From the NCBI GenBank assembly GCA_965603475.1, contig CBFDDD010000002.1:57531-121530 (forward strand): a stretch of DNA of 64,000 bases, given 5' to 3'. Made by a program: the position numbers and the translations under genes. This DNA comes from an uncultured Myxococcales bacterium. Lineage in GTDB: Bacteria > Myxococcota_A > UBA9160 > UBA4427. This document shows, in pieces, positions 36,969-46,651 of the stretch. The number at the start of each line of letters is the position of its first letter. Position 1 is the first letter of the stretch. The notes beneath the pieces are model-generated. The model did not search any database. It was not told the DNA's origin and saw nothing but the letters and a program-made list of their open reading frames with translations.

Positions 36969-37694
36969 ATGTCGACAGCGGCGCTTCTCGTCATTGGCAA
37001 CGAAATTCTCTCCGGCAAGGTTAGAGACACGAACTCCGCCTACTTGTCTGTGGAGCTTCGCAAGCTCGGCGTCGATCTCGAACGGATCCTGACGATCCCC
37101 GACATCATCGACATCATCGCCAGTGAGGCCCGGGCGATGTCGGAGACGTATGACTTCGTGTTTACGTCGGGCGGAATCGGTCCGACCCACGACGATCTCA
37201 CCATGGATGGAATCGCCAAGGCCTTCGACCTGGATATCGTGCTCAACCAATCCATGGTCGATCGTATGGCGCGCCATTCGAAGGCTCCGATCAACGATGC
37301 CATGAAGAAGATGGCGTTGATTCCAGAGGGTGCCGAAGTTCTCGATGTGGGCGGCCTCTGGTTTCCCGTTGTCGTCGTTAGCAATGTCCACATCTTCCCG
37401 GGCATTCCGGAGCTCTTCGAGAAAAAATTCGACTCGATTCGAGATCGATTTTCGGGAGTTCCTTTTCAGCTACGAAAGATCTACGTCCGAGAGAACGAGA
37501 GCGACATTGCCGAGACGCTCAATACCTTGCTGAAAGAATTTTCGGAGCTCATGCTCGGCTCCTATCCACGGATCAATGAAGAGGACTATCGCGTGCTATT
37601 GACGCTCGAATCGCGGGACCCTGAGTACCTGGCTCGCGCGACCGATACGTTGATCAGTCGGTTGCCCAAGGATGCGATTCACAAGATCGAATAA
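36969..37694 (+). CDS. Molybdopterin-binding/CinA N-terminal-like protein
   Basis: IGNEILSGKVRDTN, SGGIGPTHDDLT and FPGIP. Confidence 0.85.
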   Translation: MSTAALLVIGNEILSGKVRDTNSAYLSVELRKLGVDLERILTIPDIIDIIASEARAMSETYDFVFTSGGIGPTHDDLTMDGIAKAFDLDIVLNQSMVDRMARHSKAPINDAMKKMALIPEGAEVLDVGGLWFPVVVVSNVHIFPGIPELFEKKFDSIRDRFSGVPFQLRKIYVRENESDIAETLNTLLKEFSELMLGSYPRINEEDYRVLLTLESRDPEYLARATDTLISRLPKDAIHKIE

Positions 37695-37712
37695 CTCGTT
37701 CGTCGAGGCTGA

Positions 37713-38153
37713 TTGAGGAATATGGACGACTCGACGATTGTTCGTCTGCTTGCGTTCGTTCATCCCGCCTGGATGGTCTTGACCCTCGGATTGGCGATCG
37801 TGACTGCCCGGCTCGGCCTCGAAATTCGTCGAAGGCGAATGACTGAACGCCCTGTCGGCGGAGACTTGCGAGTTCGTCATCTCCGCTCTGGAAAACGGAC
37901 TCTTGTGATGGTGGGTATCGGATTCCTGGCTGGACCCATCTCGATGGCGCTACTTCGCGATCGAAGTCCATTCGATAGCTTTCACGGAATCCTCGGAATA
38001 ATCGTTCTCGGTCTTTTCGCATGGACTGGCTGGAGCGGCAGGGCGCTCGCCAGTGGTAACCGAGATGCGCGAGACATTCATCGAATCGCTGCCGCGTCGA
38101 GCGTAGCCGCCGCGATGCTCTCCGCGGTCGCAGGCTTCATACTCCTGCCCTAG
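37713..38153 (+). CDS. DUF4079-like four-helix membrane protein with conserved His residues
   Basis: HP.WM, R..H, SFHG and R..H spacing typical of haem-binding membrane proteins; family assignment from memory. Confidence 0.6.
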   Translation: MRNMDDSTIVRLLAFVHPAWMVLTLGLAIVTARLGLEIRRRRMTERPVGGDLRVRHLRSGKRTLVMVGIGFLAGPISMALLRDRSPFDSFHGILGIIVLGLFAWTGWSGRALASGNRDARDIHRIAAASSVAAAMLSAVAGFILLP

Positions 38154-38182
38154 GAGCCTGACCCCGGCCTCTCGATGACGGA

Positions 38183-38848
38183 TCAATCGTCGTGAAAGAA
38201 CTCGACTTTGCCGGTGGTGAGTGAGTACTCTGCGCCGACGATTAGCAGATCATTGGTCATGGTCAGCTGTTCGAGGATTTCCGATCCGTGTCGCAGATGG
38301 TTCACGGACACATCGACGTTTGCCCGTACGGCGTGCTGTACGAGGGAGCCCAGGTCGTTTCGAAGTTCGGTCTTCATCATTTCTTCGACCGAAGGCCGGA
38401 CGCGATCGACGATCGATCGGAGATTGCGCGATTGACTACTGCTGGGTTGCAGGAGTTCTTCCAGAGTCGCGCCGATCGCACCGCATTCCGAATGTCCAAG
38501 AACGACTACGAGGCGGGTGCCATAGCGGGCAGCAGCGAACTCGACGCTGCCGACTTGAGAGGGCGCAACGATATTGCCTGCAACACGAATGACAAAGAGA
38601 TCGCCCACCCCCTGATCGAAAACGATCTCGGCCGGCACCCTTGAATCCGAACACCCGAGAATGATCGCGAAGGGCTCTTGTGCTTCGGCGACCTCGGCTC
38701 GACGGGACGGACTCGCGTAGGTTTCGCGTAGGCCTTCGCCGGAAACAAATCGCTCGTTACCGGCACGCAGGCGTTCGAGGGCCTCTGTCGCGGAGACGGT
38801 CGTCAATTGGATTTCCTCTTTCTCGAAGTTCGGATCAGAGACTACCAC
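38183..38848 (-). CDS. Beta-class carbonic anhydrase
   Basis: CSDSRV, FVIRVAGN and GHSECGA. Start uncertain. Confidence 0.92.
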   Translation of the reverse strand: MVVSDPNFEKEEIQLTTVSATEALERLRAGNERFVSGEGLRETYASPSRRAEVAEAQEPFAIILGCSDSRVPAEIVFDQGVGDLFVIRVAGNIVAPSQVGSVEFAAARYGTRLVVVLGHSECGAIGATLEELLQPSSSQSRNLRSIVDRVRPSVEEMMKTELRNDLGSLVQHAVRANVDVSVNHLRHGSEILEQLTMTNDLLIVGAEYSLTTGKVEFFHDD

Positions 38849-38903
38849 CGCTTGATCGCGGCGCCTTGCGTTTTGGACGGGCCGCTTGCGTCGCTCGCGC
38901 TCA

Positions 38904-39101
38904 TCAGACCTGCTCCGACAATCGAAAGCGTCCGCTCAGGAGATTCTCGAGGACGATCTCGTGAATCTGTTCGGCGGTGAGTTTCTCCGTATCGACCGCG
39001 TGGGATTGAAAATCTCCGAGGTTCTCGAATGCAGAAACCATGTGTCGAACAGTGGCGCTCACGCCCGGACCCTCGCGTGTGCGGACGCGTCGAAGAGCCA
39101 C
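38904..39101 (-). pseudogene. Possible C-terminal remnant of an AAA/nucleoside-kinase-like protein
   Basis: RHMVSAFENLG....HAVDTEKLTAEQI...L..GRFRL resembles the C-termini of AAA_33-type kinases (from memory); no P-loop, and there is an in-frame stop just upstream. Confidence 0.3.
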
Positions 39102-39142
39102 AGACTTGCTAGTTCATCCTTTTGATCCACCTTGAACGGTGT

Positions 39143-39484
39143 TTAACGAGGGACCGGACATTCTTCTTCCTTGGCGTTGCAGCCCCATGCGCGGCGAGCG
39201 TTCTCCTGGTAGCGGCGTTGGGCTTCGAGAAGGCTGATGCGCAAGGTTTCGCAATCAGGGTGCGACGCGGAGACCTCGAGAACACAGTCGTCGTAGGCAT
39301 CCTGGGCAGACTCCACCGACTGAAGCTCACCCGAGACACATCCAGATGTGGTCAACGCGAGTGGGAGAATGACGAGAGACGCCGTGAACGCAAACGATCG
39401 TGCTCGAATGCGTCGCGACGAGTCCCGGGAAACGCTCCTAGGGACGTACTTCGTAGTACAGGTTGGCCGGGTCGTTGAAGTCAT
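39143..39484 (-). CDS. Small Cys-rich hypothetical lipoprotein
   Basis: Lipobox-like LTTSGC; four further Cys. The start overlaps the upstream methyltransferase by 47 nt, so it is uncertain. Confidence 0.45.
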   Translation of the reverse strand: MTSTTRPTCTTKYVPRSVSRDSSRRIRARSFAFTASLVILPLALTTSGCVSGELQSVESAQDAYDDCVLEVSASHPDCETLRISLLEAQRRYQENARRAWGCNAKEEECPVPR

Positions 39485-40517
39485 ACTCCTTGAATCGACT
39501 GAAGCCCGCTTCGGTCACCATTTTTTCGGCCACCTCGGGATTGAAGCCGAGCGTGCCGAGACCGGCGCCGCCGGGCTCTGACAGGGCCGAGGACATGCAA
39601 GCCGAGACCGAGAAGCCGTAGAACATCGCGAGCATCGGATTCTTTAGATTGTCCTCGAAGCGCGGGCTGCTGCGAATATCTTTGATCAGCCAGGTTCCGT
39701 CGGGAAGGATGGCTTTGCGGATCGCGGCGATCACGCGGGCGGGATGCGGCATGTCGTGAATGCAGTCGAAGGTGAGCATGAAATCGAAGCGTGGTTCGTC
39801 GGGCAACGACTCGCCTCCAGTGACGTGGAGTTCCACATTGGTCAGACCGTGCTCCGCGACCTGCTCGCGGGCGCGCTCGATTCCGTGAGAATTCGGGTCG
39901 TAGCCGACGAAGGTCGATTTGGGGTAGGCCTGGGCCATTGCGATGAGTGCGACTCCGGATCCACAGCCGACGTCGGCGACGACCGCCCCGGCCTCCAATT
40001 TTTCATGGACGCCATCGAGAGCGGGAATGATCTGGGGAACGAGGGCCATGCGAACCCAGGTTCCGAGCATGCGCTCGGTTCGATGTGCCGCGTTGGGGCC
40101 CATTTCCTCGTAGGAGAGTCCAACCCCGGTTCGAAACGCGTCGGCCAGTTTGTCGGCGATTTCGGGCGGAGTGCCTCCCGTGAAGGCACCGGAAGCGAAG
40201 GCGATGCTGCCCTCTTCATCGGCCAACACTGCGGCACCGACTGGCGAGAGTTCGAAGCGTCCGTCGTCTTGATAGTCGAGCAGTTGTGCCGCGGCCTGAC
40301 CGCGCATCCATTCCAGGAGCCAGCGTTCCTGGAGTCCCATGCGCGAAGCGAGTTCGGCGGGACTGAGCGGCCCTGCGCCTTCCATCTCCTGGTAGATCCC
40401 GAGCCGGTCTCCCAGATGAATCATCAGGGCAACCATTTCGCCCTGCTTATAGTTCCAGACGCGGAACGAATACGCTTTGAGTGCATCGGCATCGAGGGGG
40501 GGCTGGATCTGGCTCAT
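39438..40517 (-). CDS. Class I SAM-dependent methyltransferase with N-terminal winged helix (Rv2258c-like)
   Basis: LGDRLGIY, ERWLLEW, DVGCGSG, FDCIHDM and GLGTLG. Start uncertain (40517 or 40532). Confidence 0.88.
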   Translation of the reverse strand: MSQIQPPLDADALKAYSFRVWNYKQGEMVALMIHLGDRLGIYQEMEGAGPLSPAELASRMGLQERWLLEWMRGQAAAQLLDYQDDGRFELSPVGAAVLADEEGSIAFASGAFTGGTPPEIADKLADAFRTGVGLSYEEMGPNAAHRTERMLGTWVRMALVPQIIPALDGVHEKLEAGAVVADVGCGSGVALIAMAQAYPKSTFVGYDPNSHGIERAREQVAEHGLTNVELHVTGGESLPDEPRFDFMLTFDCIHDMPHPARVIAAIRKAILPDGTWLIKDIRSSPRFEDNLKNPMLAMFYGFSVSACMSSALSEPGGAGLGTLGFNPEVAEKMVTEAGFSRFKEYDFNDPANLYYEVRP

Positions 40518-40614
40518 GAGTGCTCCTGTCATTGCTTGGAGAAAGACTGTCGCACGCATCGGAGCGACGCGCTTGAGTGAGTCACGCCCCACCGGGGGGC
40601 ACCGAGAAGCCAGT

Positions 40615-41937
40615 TCAGGGACCGTCTCGGCGTAGATCAGCGACATATGAATTGCAGAAGACGGGCAGCGTCTTTGCGACTTGAATCGACTGCCTGGCTT
40701 GCCGGGCCTGATTCGGCAAGTGGATGGTCCCCTTCAAGACGCCGACGAGCCATTTCGCCTGTTGTTCAGAAACTGGCCAGAGAGAACAGATCACGCGAGT
40801 GAAGCCCACGAAATAGAGGTTGGGGCGCGACGGGTGTGCAATGCGCCGATAGAGCGCGAGCTCGTCGGCCGGACAACCCAGGATCTCGTCGTCTAGAAAG
40901 GCAAAGCCGGGTCGGTAGCCGGTCGCCCAGATGATGACGTCGGCATCGAATCTGGACCCATCCGTAAAACTGATCGTGGACTCATCGAAGGCCGCGATTC
41001 CGGGCCGGCTTTCGATGCGACCCGCTTCGAGAGCGGGAATGAATCCCTCGGAGAGAGTCGGTCGTTCGGCCCAGGGGCCAAAGGTCGGATTGGGCAAGTT
41101 CCAATCCGAGGGTCGGCCGATTTCCTGTTCGACCTTTCCGAGCGATCGTTGCATGACCGCCCTTAACAAGCGTATTCGAATGGCCTCCGGCAGCCAGCTG
41201 ACGATGCCCGGCAGCTGTTGCGAAGGGTGAGGTGCGTTCGCATCGAGCGGTTCCCCATGGAAGAGCTTGGGCAGGATATAGCGACCGGATCGAGCTGACA
41301 GTGCGACGTGTGAGGCGAGTGTGGGCCCGTCTTGACCGCCCGCGAGTTCCGTCGCGATTTCGGCTGCGCTCGAGCCCAGTCCGACGACGACGACTCGTTT
41401 TCCGCGGCAATCGATAGGCGTGTCGGGATCGAGATAGTCGGCCGCGTGAATCTGGTTTCCGGCGAATTGTCCCGGCGTCGGTGGATCGGGCCAGCGCCGA
41501 GTCCCGTACTGGCCCGTCGCGACGATGCATGCCCTGTACGCCTGGCGACTCCCGTCTTCGAGGTCGATCTGCCAGGCGGCCTCTGTGGTGGGGCGGGCGC
41601 TGATGACGCGACAATCGGTTCGGATTTGTTCGCGGAAACCGAAGCGGTCGACATAGGCGTTGAAATAGTCGAGCAATTCGCTGTGGCTGAGAAATTGTGG
41701 TGATTCGTCCGGGAAGGGGAAATCTGAAAAGGCCATCTTGGCTTTTGACGTATTCGTATGGAGCGAGCGGTAGCCGCCGCTCTGGCTTCCTTCGATATCC
41801 CAGAGGCCGCCAATGCCGCGGTTCGCTTCGAAGCAGTCGAAGGGGATGTTGGCTTCCCGGAGTGTCTTGCAGGCAGCGAGTCCGCTTGGGCCTGCGCCGA
41901 TGACGCAGACGCGGTCGCTTGTGATTCGTTCAGACAC
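40615..41937 (-). CDS. Flavin-containing monooxygenase (FMO family)
   Basis: VIGAGPSG (FAD), GGLW, LHTNTSK, IHAADY (FMO motif variant), GLGSSA (NADPH) and ATGY. Start uncertain (GTG 41937). Confidence 0.9.
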   Translation of the reverse strand: MSERITSDRVCVIGAGPSGLAACKTLREANIPFDCFEANRGIGGLWDIEGSQSGGYRSLHTNTSKAKMAFSDFPFPDESPQFLSHSELLDYFNAYVDRFGFREQIRTDCRVISARPTTEAAWQIDLEDGSRQAYRACIVATGQYGTRRWPDPPTPGQFAGNQIHAADYLDPDTPIDCRGKRVVVVGLGSSAAEIATELAGGQDGPTLASHVALSARSGRYILPKLFHGEPLDANAPHPSQQLPGIVSWLPEAIRIRLLRAVMQRSLGKVEQEIGRPSDWNLPNPTFGPWAERPTLSEGFIPALEAGRIESRPGIAAFDESTISFTDGSRFDADVIIWATGYRPGFAFLDDEILGCPADELALYRRIAHPSRPNLYFVGFTRVICSLWPVSEQQAKWLVGVLKGTIHLPNQARQARQSIQVAKTLPVFCNSYVADLRRDGP

Positions 41938-41996
41938 GACGTCGATGGTGGCAGATGCTGCGGGTTTGTGAACCCGATCGATTTCGTTGCGACCGG

Positions 41997-43085
41997 CTAG
42001 GCAATGACGTCGATGGCGCGTTGGCGTAGCCAGTGGTCTGCCAGGCTCAGACAAACCATCGCTTCGACCATCGGCACCGCACGTGGGAGCACGCAAGGAT
42101 CGTGTCGCCCGCCTGCTTCGAGGCTGACCGCCTCGCCCTTGCGATTGACCGTCTGTTGCGCGATCCGGACGGTCGCCGTCGGCTTGAACGCGACGCGAAG
42201 AAGAATCGGCTCGCCATTGCTGATTCCGCCCTGGATGCCGCCGGAGCGATTCGAGGTCGTTCGGGTGTGACCTTCGGAATCCCTGACGAAGGGATCATTG
42301 TGTTCACTGCCCGTCATCGAGGTTCCCCCAAAGCCAGATCCGATCTCGAATCCCTTCGCGGCTGGCAGCGACATCAGCCCCTTTGCGAGTTCTGCTTCGA
42401 GCTTGTCGAAGACCGGATCACCGAGTCCGGCCGGCACGCCGCGTGCGACGCATTCGACGACCCCCCCGACTGAATCGCCCCGCCGTCGCACGGAGTCGAT
42501 CAGCTCGTACATCTTGGCCGCCGCGTCCTCGTCCGGGCAGCGAACCTCGTTCGCGTCGATCGCTTCGAGGGTCACCGTTTCGGGGTCGACTTTCGAATCG
42601 ATGGCCTGGACCCTTGCCACCCAGGCGAGGACTTCGATGCCCGCGACCTCACGGAGCAGCTTGCGGGCGATCGCACCGGCCGCGACACGGCCGACGGTCT
42701 CTCGTGCACTGGCCCGTCCACCGCCCTGCCAGTTGCGAATGCCGTATTTTGCCTCCGTCGTATAATCGGCGTGCGAAGGGCGGTAGACATCGCGCATTTC
42801 CTCGTACGCGCTGGGTCGAGCGTCCTTGTTCCGCACCACGATTCCAATCGGGGTTCCCAGCGTGTGACCCTCAAACACACCGGAGAGGATCTCCGCTCGA
42901 TCGGCTTCCTGGCGCGGCGTCGTCAACACACTCTGTCCCGGCCGCCGTCGGTCGAGATCGCGCTGGATCTCGGCGACGTCGATCGGTAGTCGGGGCGGGC
43001 AGCCCTCGAGCACGACGCCGACCCCTCCGCCGTGGGATTCGCCGAAGGTCGAGATGCGGAAGAGATTGCCGAAAACGCTGCCCAT
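41997..43085 (-). CDS. aroC: Chorismate synthase
   Basis: [43 protein letters not shown] and GRHDPCV. Confidence 0.97.
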   Translation of the reverse strand: MGSVFGNLFRISTFGESHGGGVGVVLEGCPPRLPIDVAEIQRDLDRRRPGQSVLTTPRQEADRAEILSGVFEGHTLGTPIGIVVRNKDARPSAYEEMRDVYRPSHADYTTEAKYGIRNWQGGGRASARETVGRVAAGAIARKLLREVAGIEVLAWVARVQAIDSKVDPETVTLEAIDANEVRCPDEDAAAKMYELIDSVRRRGDSVGGVVECVARGVPAGLGDPVFDKLEAELAKGLMSLPAAKGFEIGSGFGGTSMTGSEHNDPFVRDSEGHTRTTSNRSGGIQGGISNGEPILLRVAFKPTATVRIAQQTVNRKGEAVSLEAGGRHDPCVLPRAVPMVEAMVCLSLADHWLRQRAIDVIA

Positions 43086-43299
43086 GGCTGGGTCTGCTCC
43101 GAGTGAACCCTCGCGGGTCGATGTGAGGTCGGCAGGGTACCGCTTGTCGGCTGGTATCGCAGAAACGGGGTGAAAACCGGTGCCCTTCGATATCTGGCCC
43201 GTTCGCGTCTAGTCGATTCCGTCTGGTCCGGTCACCCGGCCATTTTTCTCGGCATCTGATCGGTTACGTTCCCCGACGCAGCCCGATTCTGGAGGTTGG

Positions 43300-44508
43300 A
43301 TGCGCGAGTGGCTCTACGACGTGTTTCGCGAGCGTCCCTGGTGGATGAGCTTGACGATGACTTTTTGTGCGTTCATGGCGTTCTTGTATATGCCGTGGGA
43401 CATTTTCATGAAGCCGATGGCCGAGGATCAGGAGGTCTGGTTCGGCATCCTCTTCCATGGATTCTGGGCGAAGGTTCTGGCGATTCCGCATTGGTTCGTC
43501 TACGCGGCAGCGGTCTATGGATTTCGCCGTCGTCGTCCCTGGATGGCATTCTGGGCGCCCGCTTACGTCGCACAGGTCGCTTTCGGAATGTATCTCTGGA
43601 CTGCGATCAAGACGGGGGGGTTCAGCGGAGTTTTTGTCGGCCTGTTTCCGGCCCTTCCGTTCATCGGTTTGACCTACGCATTCTGGACTGCACGCGACTA
43701 TTTTGCCCCCCAGAGGCTCGGACTCACGGCTCGATACGGCGACTGGGCCCTCGTGACCGGGGCGTCCTCCGGCATTGGCGTCTCGCTCGCTCGCCTGATT
43801 GCGGCCGATGGCATGAAAGTCGTTCTCAGTGCGCGAAGAAAGGATCGCCTGACTTCGTTGGCGGCGGAGCTCGAACGGGATTTCGAGATCGAGACGCGAG
43901 TCGTCGTTGCCGACCTGGCGGAGCGCAGCGGCCAGGAAGTCCTTCTCAATTCCGTTTCGGATCTCGAAATCGGGCTTCTCGTCAACAACGCGGGGCTTGG
44001 CTATGCCGGTCGTTTCGATCTGCTCGACGGGGATCAGCTTCGTCGTCTCGTCTCGGTCAATTGTGAGGCGCCCGTCGTTTTGACCCACGCGCTCGTTCAG
44101 GGCATGCGTGAGCGCGGACGGGGTGGCGTGTTCTTTACGGGCTCGGTCGCCGGGCGTCAGCCCTTGCCGCTCCACGCCGTCTACGCTGCGACGAAGGCCT
44201 TCGACCAGTTCCTGGGCGAGGCGCTCTGGGGAGAACTTCGCGCGAGCAATATCGACGTCGTCGTGCTCGAGCCGGGGTCGACGGAGACCGAGTTTCAGGA
44301 AGTGGCAGGGGAAATCGCACATTCGGGCCACTCGGCTGATGACGTCGCGCGGATCGGCCTGGCAGCGCTCGGCCAGCAGCCTTCCGTGATTGTCGGATGG
44401 TTCAACTGGGTTCGCGCAAACGTAGCGAGTCGCCTGCTGACGCGTCCGATCGCGGTGCACGTCGCACATAACGTGGTATCTCAGCAAACGCCCGAGGATC
44501 TGCGCTAG
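43300..44508 (+). CDS. Fusion of an N-terminal multi-TM domain with an SDR oxidoreductase
   Basis: First ~130 aa form four Trp/Phe-rich hydrophobic helices; these are followed in frame by YGDWALVTGASSGIG, NNAG, TGS and YAATK. Confidence 0.8.
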   Translation: MREWLYDVFRERPWWMSLTMTFCAFMAFLYMPWDIFMKPMAEDQEVWFGILFHGFWAKVLAIPHWFVYAAAVYGFRRRRPWMAFWAPAYVAQVAFGMYLWTAIKTGGFSGVFVGLFPALPFIGLTYAFWTARDYFAPQRLGLTARYGDWALVTGASSGIGVSLARLIAADGMKVVLSARRKDRLTSLAAELERDFEIETRVVVADLAERSGQEVLLNSVSDLEIGLLVNNAGLGYAGRFDLLDGDQLRRLVSVNCEAPVVLTHALVQGMRERGRGGVFFTGSVAGRQPLPLHAVYAATKAFDQFLGEALWGELRASNIDVVVLEPGSTETEFQEVAGEIAHSGHSADDVARIGLAALGQQPSVIVGWFNWVRANVASRLLTRPIAVHVAHNVVSQQTPEDLR

Positions 44509-44988
44509 ATGGCACGAAACTATTGGTTGATGAAGTCCGAGCCGTTCAAGTACTCCTGGGACGATCTGGTCCGTGACGGAAAGACCTATTGGGATGGGGT
44601 CCGAAATTACGAGGCACGGAACAATCTCGCTGCGATGAAAGAGGGCGACCTCGCGTTCTACTACCATTCGAACAAGGGGAAGGAGATCGTTGGGATCGTG
44701 GAGATCGTCGCTTCGTCGTATCCGGATCCGACAGCCGACGATGAAACCTGGGTCGTTGTCGATGTGGCCCCTCGCGTGGCCTTCAGCGAGCCGGTTTCGC
44801 TTTCGATGATCAAACAGGATCCGAAACTCGAAGATATTCAGCTCGTCCGACGCGGAAGGCTGTCGGTCGTTCCGGTGACCGCGACCGAGTTCCGTCATGT
44901 CGCGAAACTCGGAAAGACGAAGATACCTCCGGAACGCACGAGAGCGTCGAAATCCAGATCTAGTTCCGTCGGAGCCCAGACTCGATGA
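44509..44988 (+). CDS. EVE domain (PUA-like) protein
   Basis: YWLMKSEP...WDGVRNYEARN...GDLAFYYHS...RLSVVPV. Confidence 0.92.
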   Translation: MARNYWLMKSEPFKYSWDDLVRDGKTYWDGVRNYEARNNLAAMKEGDLAFYYHSNKGKEIVGIVEIVASSYPDPTADDETWVVVDVAPRVAFSEPVSLSMIKQDPKLEDIQLVRRGRLSVVPVTATEFRHVAKLGKTKIPPERTRASKSRSSSVGAQTR

Positions 44989-45479
44989 GTTTGCGAAGCA
45001 TGACGTATTATTCGTTCTTGATGGTGCTTTTCGTGTTGTGTGGTTGTGCGAATTTTTCCGACGGTTCGTCGCGCGGGTCGGCAGGGTTTGCTTCCGATGG
45101 ATCGATGACCCAGGGAAGGATGGAGCTTCTCTTTGCGGACCAGGTCGAAGCGATCATGGGCCCGCCCGGTGCCATCCAGACGCGAATCGACGGAATCAAT
45201 GTCTATCTGATCAGCGATCCCGAAAATGATCGAATGCGCCTCGTGACTCCGATCTCGATGGTTGAAACCGTCGATCCACGTGTCAACGAAATACTACTGA
45301 GGGCGAATTTCTACAGCACGCTCGACGCACGTTATGCCGTTTCGGATGGTGTCATCTACGCGACGTTTCTGCATCCGATATCGTCACTCTCTCCCGAACT
45401 TCTCTCGTCGGCTCTGGCGCAGGTGTTGAGTCTCACAAAGACCTTCGGATCGTCCTTTTCCGGTGGCGAGCTTCATTGA
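44985..45479 (+). CDS. Hypothetical lipoprotein, YbjN/CesT-like fold
   Basis: Lipobox LCGC; DRMRLVTPI...LLRANFYSTLDARYA pattern; ATGA overlap with the EVE gene. Confidence 0.6.
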   Translation: MSLRSMTYYSFLMVLFVLCGCANFSDGSSRGSAGFASDGSMTQGRMELLFADQVEAIMGPPGAIQTRIDGINVYLISDPENDRMRLVTPISMVETVDPRVNEILLRANFYSTLDARYAVSDGVIYATFLHPISSLSPELLSSALAQVLSLTKTFGSSFSGGELH

Positions 45480-46042
45480 GCCCTACCCGGCAGGATTCGA
45501 GTGCCAGGAAATCAAAATTGGCCAAGAGCCTGGATCCCACCCGCGTCTACCACGTCCTCTTTCTTTGTACCGGAAATTCTGCGCGAAGTATTCTGGCAGA
45601 GGCACTCCTCGCGCGACTCGGCTCCCCACGCTTTCAGTCCTACAGCGCCGGCAGTCATCCGAAGGATGCTCCGCATCCGATGACCCTCGAAACGCTCTCG
45701 CGACTCGGATATGAAACCAAAGGATTCCGGAGCAAGAGTTGGGAAGAATTTGCCGGGCCCGGTCGTCCGAAGCTGGATTTCATCTTTACGGTCTGTGATG
45801 ACGCTGCCGGCGAAGCCTGCCCGATCTGGCCCGGCCAGCCGATCACCGCACATTGGGGTGTCCGCGATCCGGCCTCCTTCAAGGGATCGTCGGCGGAGAC
45901 GTTCGCGTTCTTCGAAGAGATTCACGACCAGCTGGCCGCAAAGATCGCCGCATTCGTCCGTCTCGACCTGGCTTCACTAAGCCCCCAAGAGCTGTCCGCT
46001 CAACTCGACGAAATCGGCAAGAATTCATCGGCAAACTCCTAG
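45476..46042 (+). CDS. arsC: Arsenate reductase, LMW-PTP/thioredoxin type
   Basis: CTGNSARS, SAGSHP, TVCD...ACP and HWGVRDP. Confidence 0.85.
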   Translation: MSPTRQDSSARKSKLAKSLDPTRVYHVLFLCTGNSARSILAEALLARLGSPRFQSYSAGSHPKDAPHPMTLETLSRLGYETKGFRSKSWEEFAGPGRPKLDFIFTVCDDAAGEACPIWPGQPITAHWGVRDPASFKGSSAETFAFFEEIHDQLAAKIAAFVRLDLASLSPQELSAQLDEIGKNSSANS

Positions 46043-46103
46043 CGCGAAAACCGCGCCGTGCCGAGCTCGCGTTCACAGCTAGAACGCCAGTGACGGTTTC
46101 GGC

Positions 46104-46589
46104 CTAAGCACCCAGCGCTGCGAGCGCGTCCGCGTACTCGTTCCAGCGTGTGCCTTCGTGCGCGCGAATCCATTGCAACTCGATCCGAGGCTTCGCTTGC
46201 GCGAGCGCGTAGAGTTCCTGGACGAGTTCGAGGTTCTTGATCGGGCCGCCCTTGCGTTTCCAACCGCGCTTTTCCCAGCCGTGCGCCCACTGATTGATTG
46301 TATTGACGCAGAGCTGGCTGTCTGAGTACACGATGAGATCCGTTTCATCGGGCAGCTTTTTGAAAGCCTCGATCAATGCTTTCAGCTCCATTCGATTATT
46401 GGTCGTGTCCGGCTCGCGGCCGTGACCCTTGGCAAGAATCTCGCCGTTCTGGACCCAGACCCAACCCCACCCGCCCGGACCGGGGTTCGGATCGCAGGAG
46501 CCGTCGGTGAAGACGCCCGTGTCGGGACCCCCGAATTGGGTGTCGAGTACTTCTTCGGGGGTCATCTGTCGCACGATACGTTTGGCCAC
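46104..46589 (-). CDS. rnhA: Ribonuclease HI
   Basis: TDGS..NPGPGGWG, TTNNRMEL, SDSQ, WIRAH and NEYADALA. Confidence 0.95.
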   Translation of the reverse strand: MAKRIVRQMTPEEVLDTQFGGPDTGVFTDGSCDPNPGPGGWGWVWVQNGEILAKGHGREPDTTNNRMELKALIEAFKKLPDETDLIVYSDSQLCVNTINQWAHGWEKRGWKRKGGPIKNLELVQELYALAQAKPRIELQWIRAHEGTRWNEYADALAALGA

Positions 46590-46651
46590 TGGCGATCGGG
46601 CTCCTGGAAATCGTTCGGGGTGGTTGGGGTGATTGAGGTAGGGCTGCGCGC

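Noticed and set aside
43264-44898. Long antisense ORFs (e.g. 43264-44898 -, 29862-31268 +, 25431-26486 +, 50966-52246 +, 1601-2563 -)
   Set aside because: Shadow frames of well-supported genes in GC-rich DNA; no recognisable motifs.
45476-46042. Arsenic resistance operon
   Set aside because: Only arsC is present; there is no arsR, arsB/acr3 or arsH.
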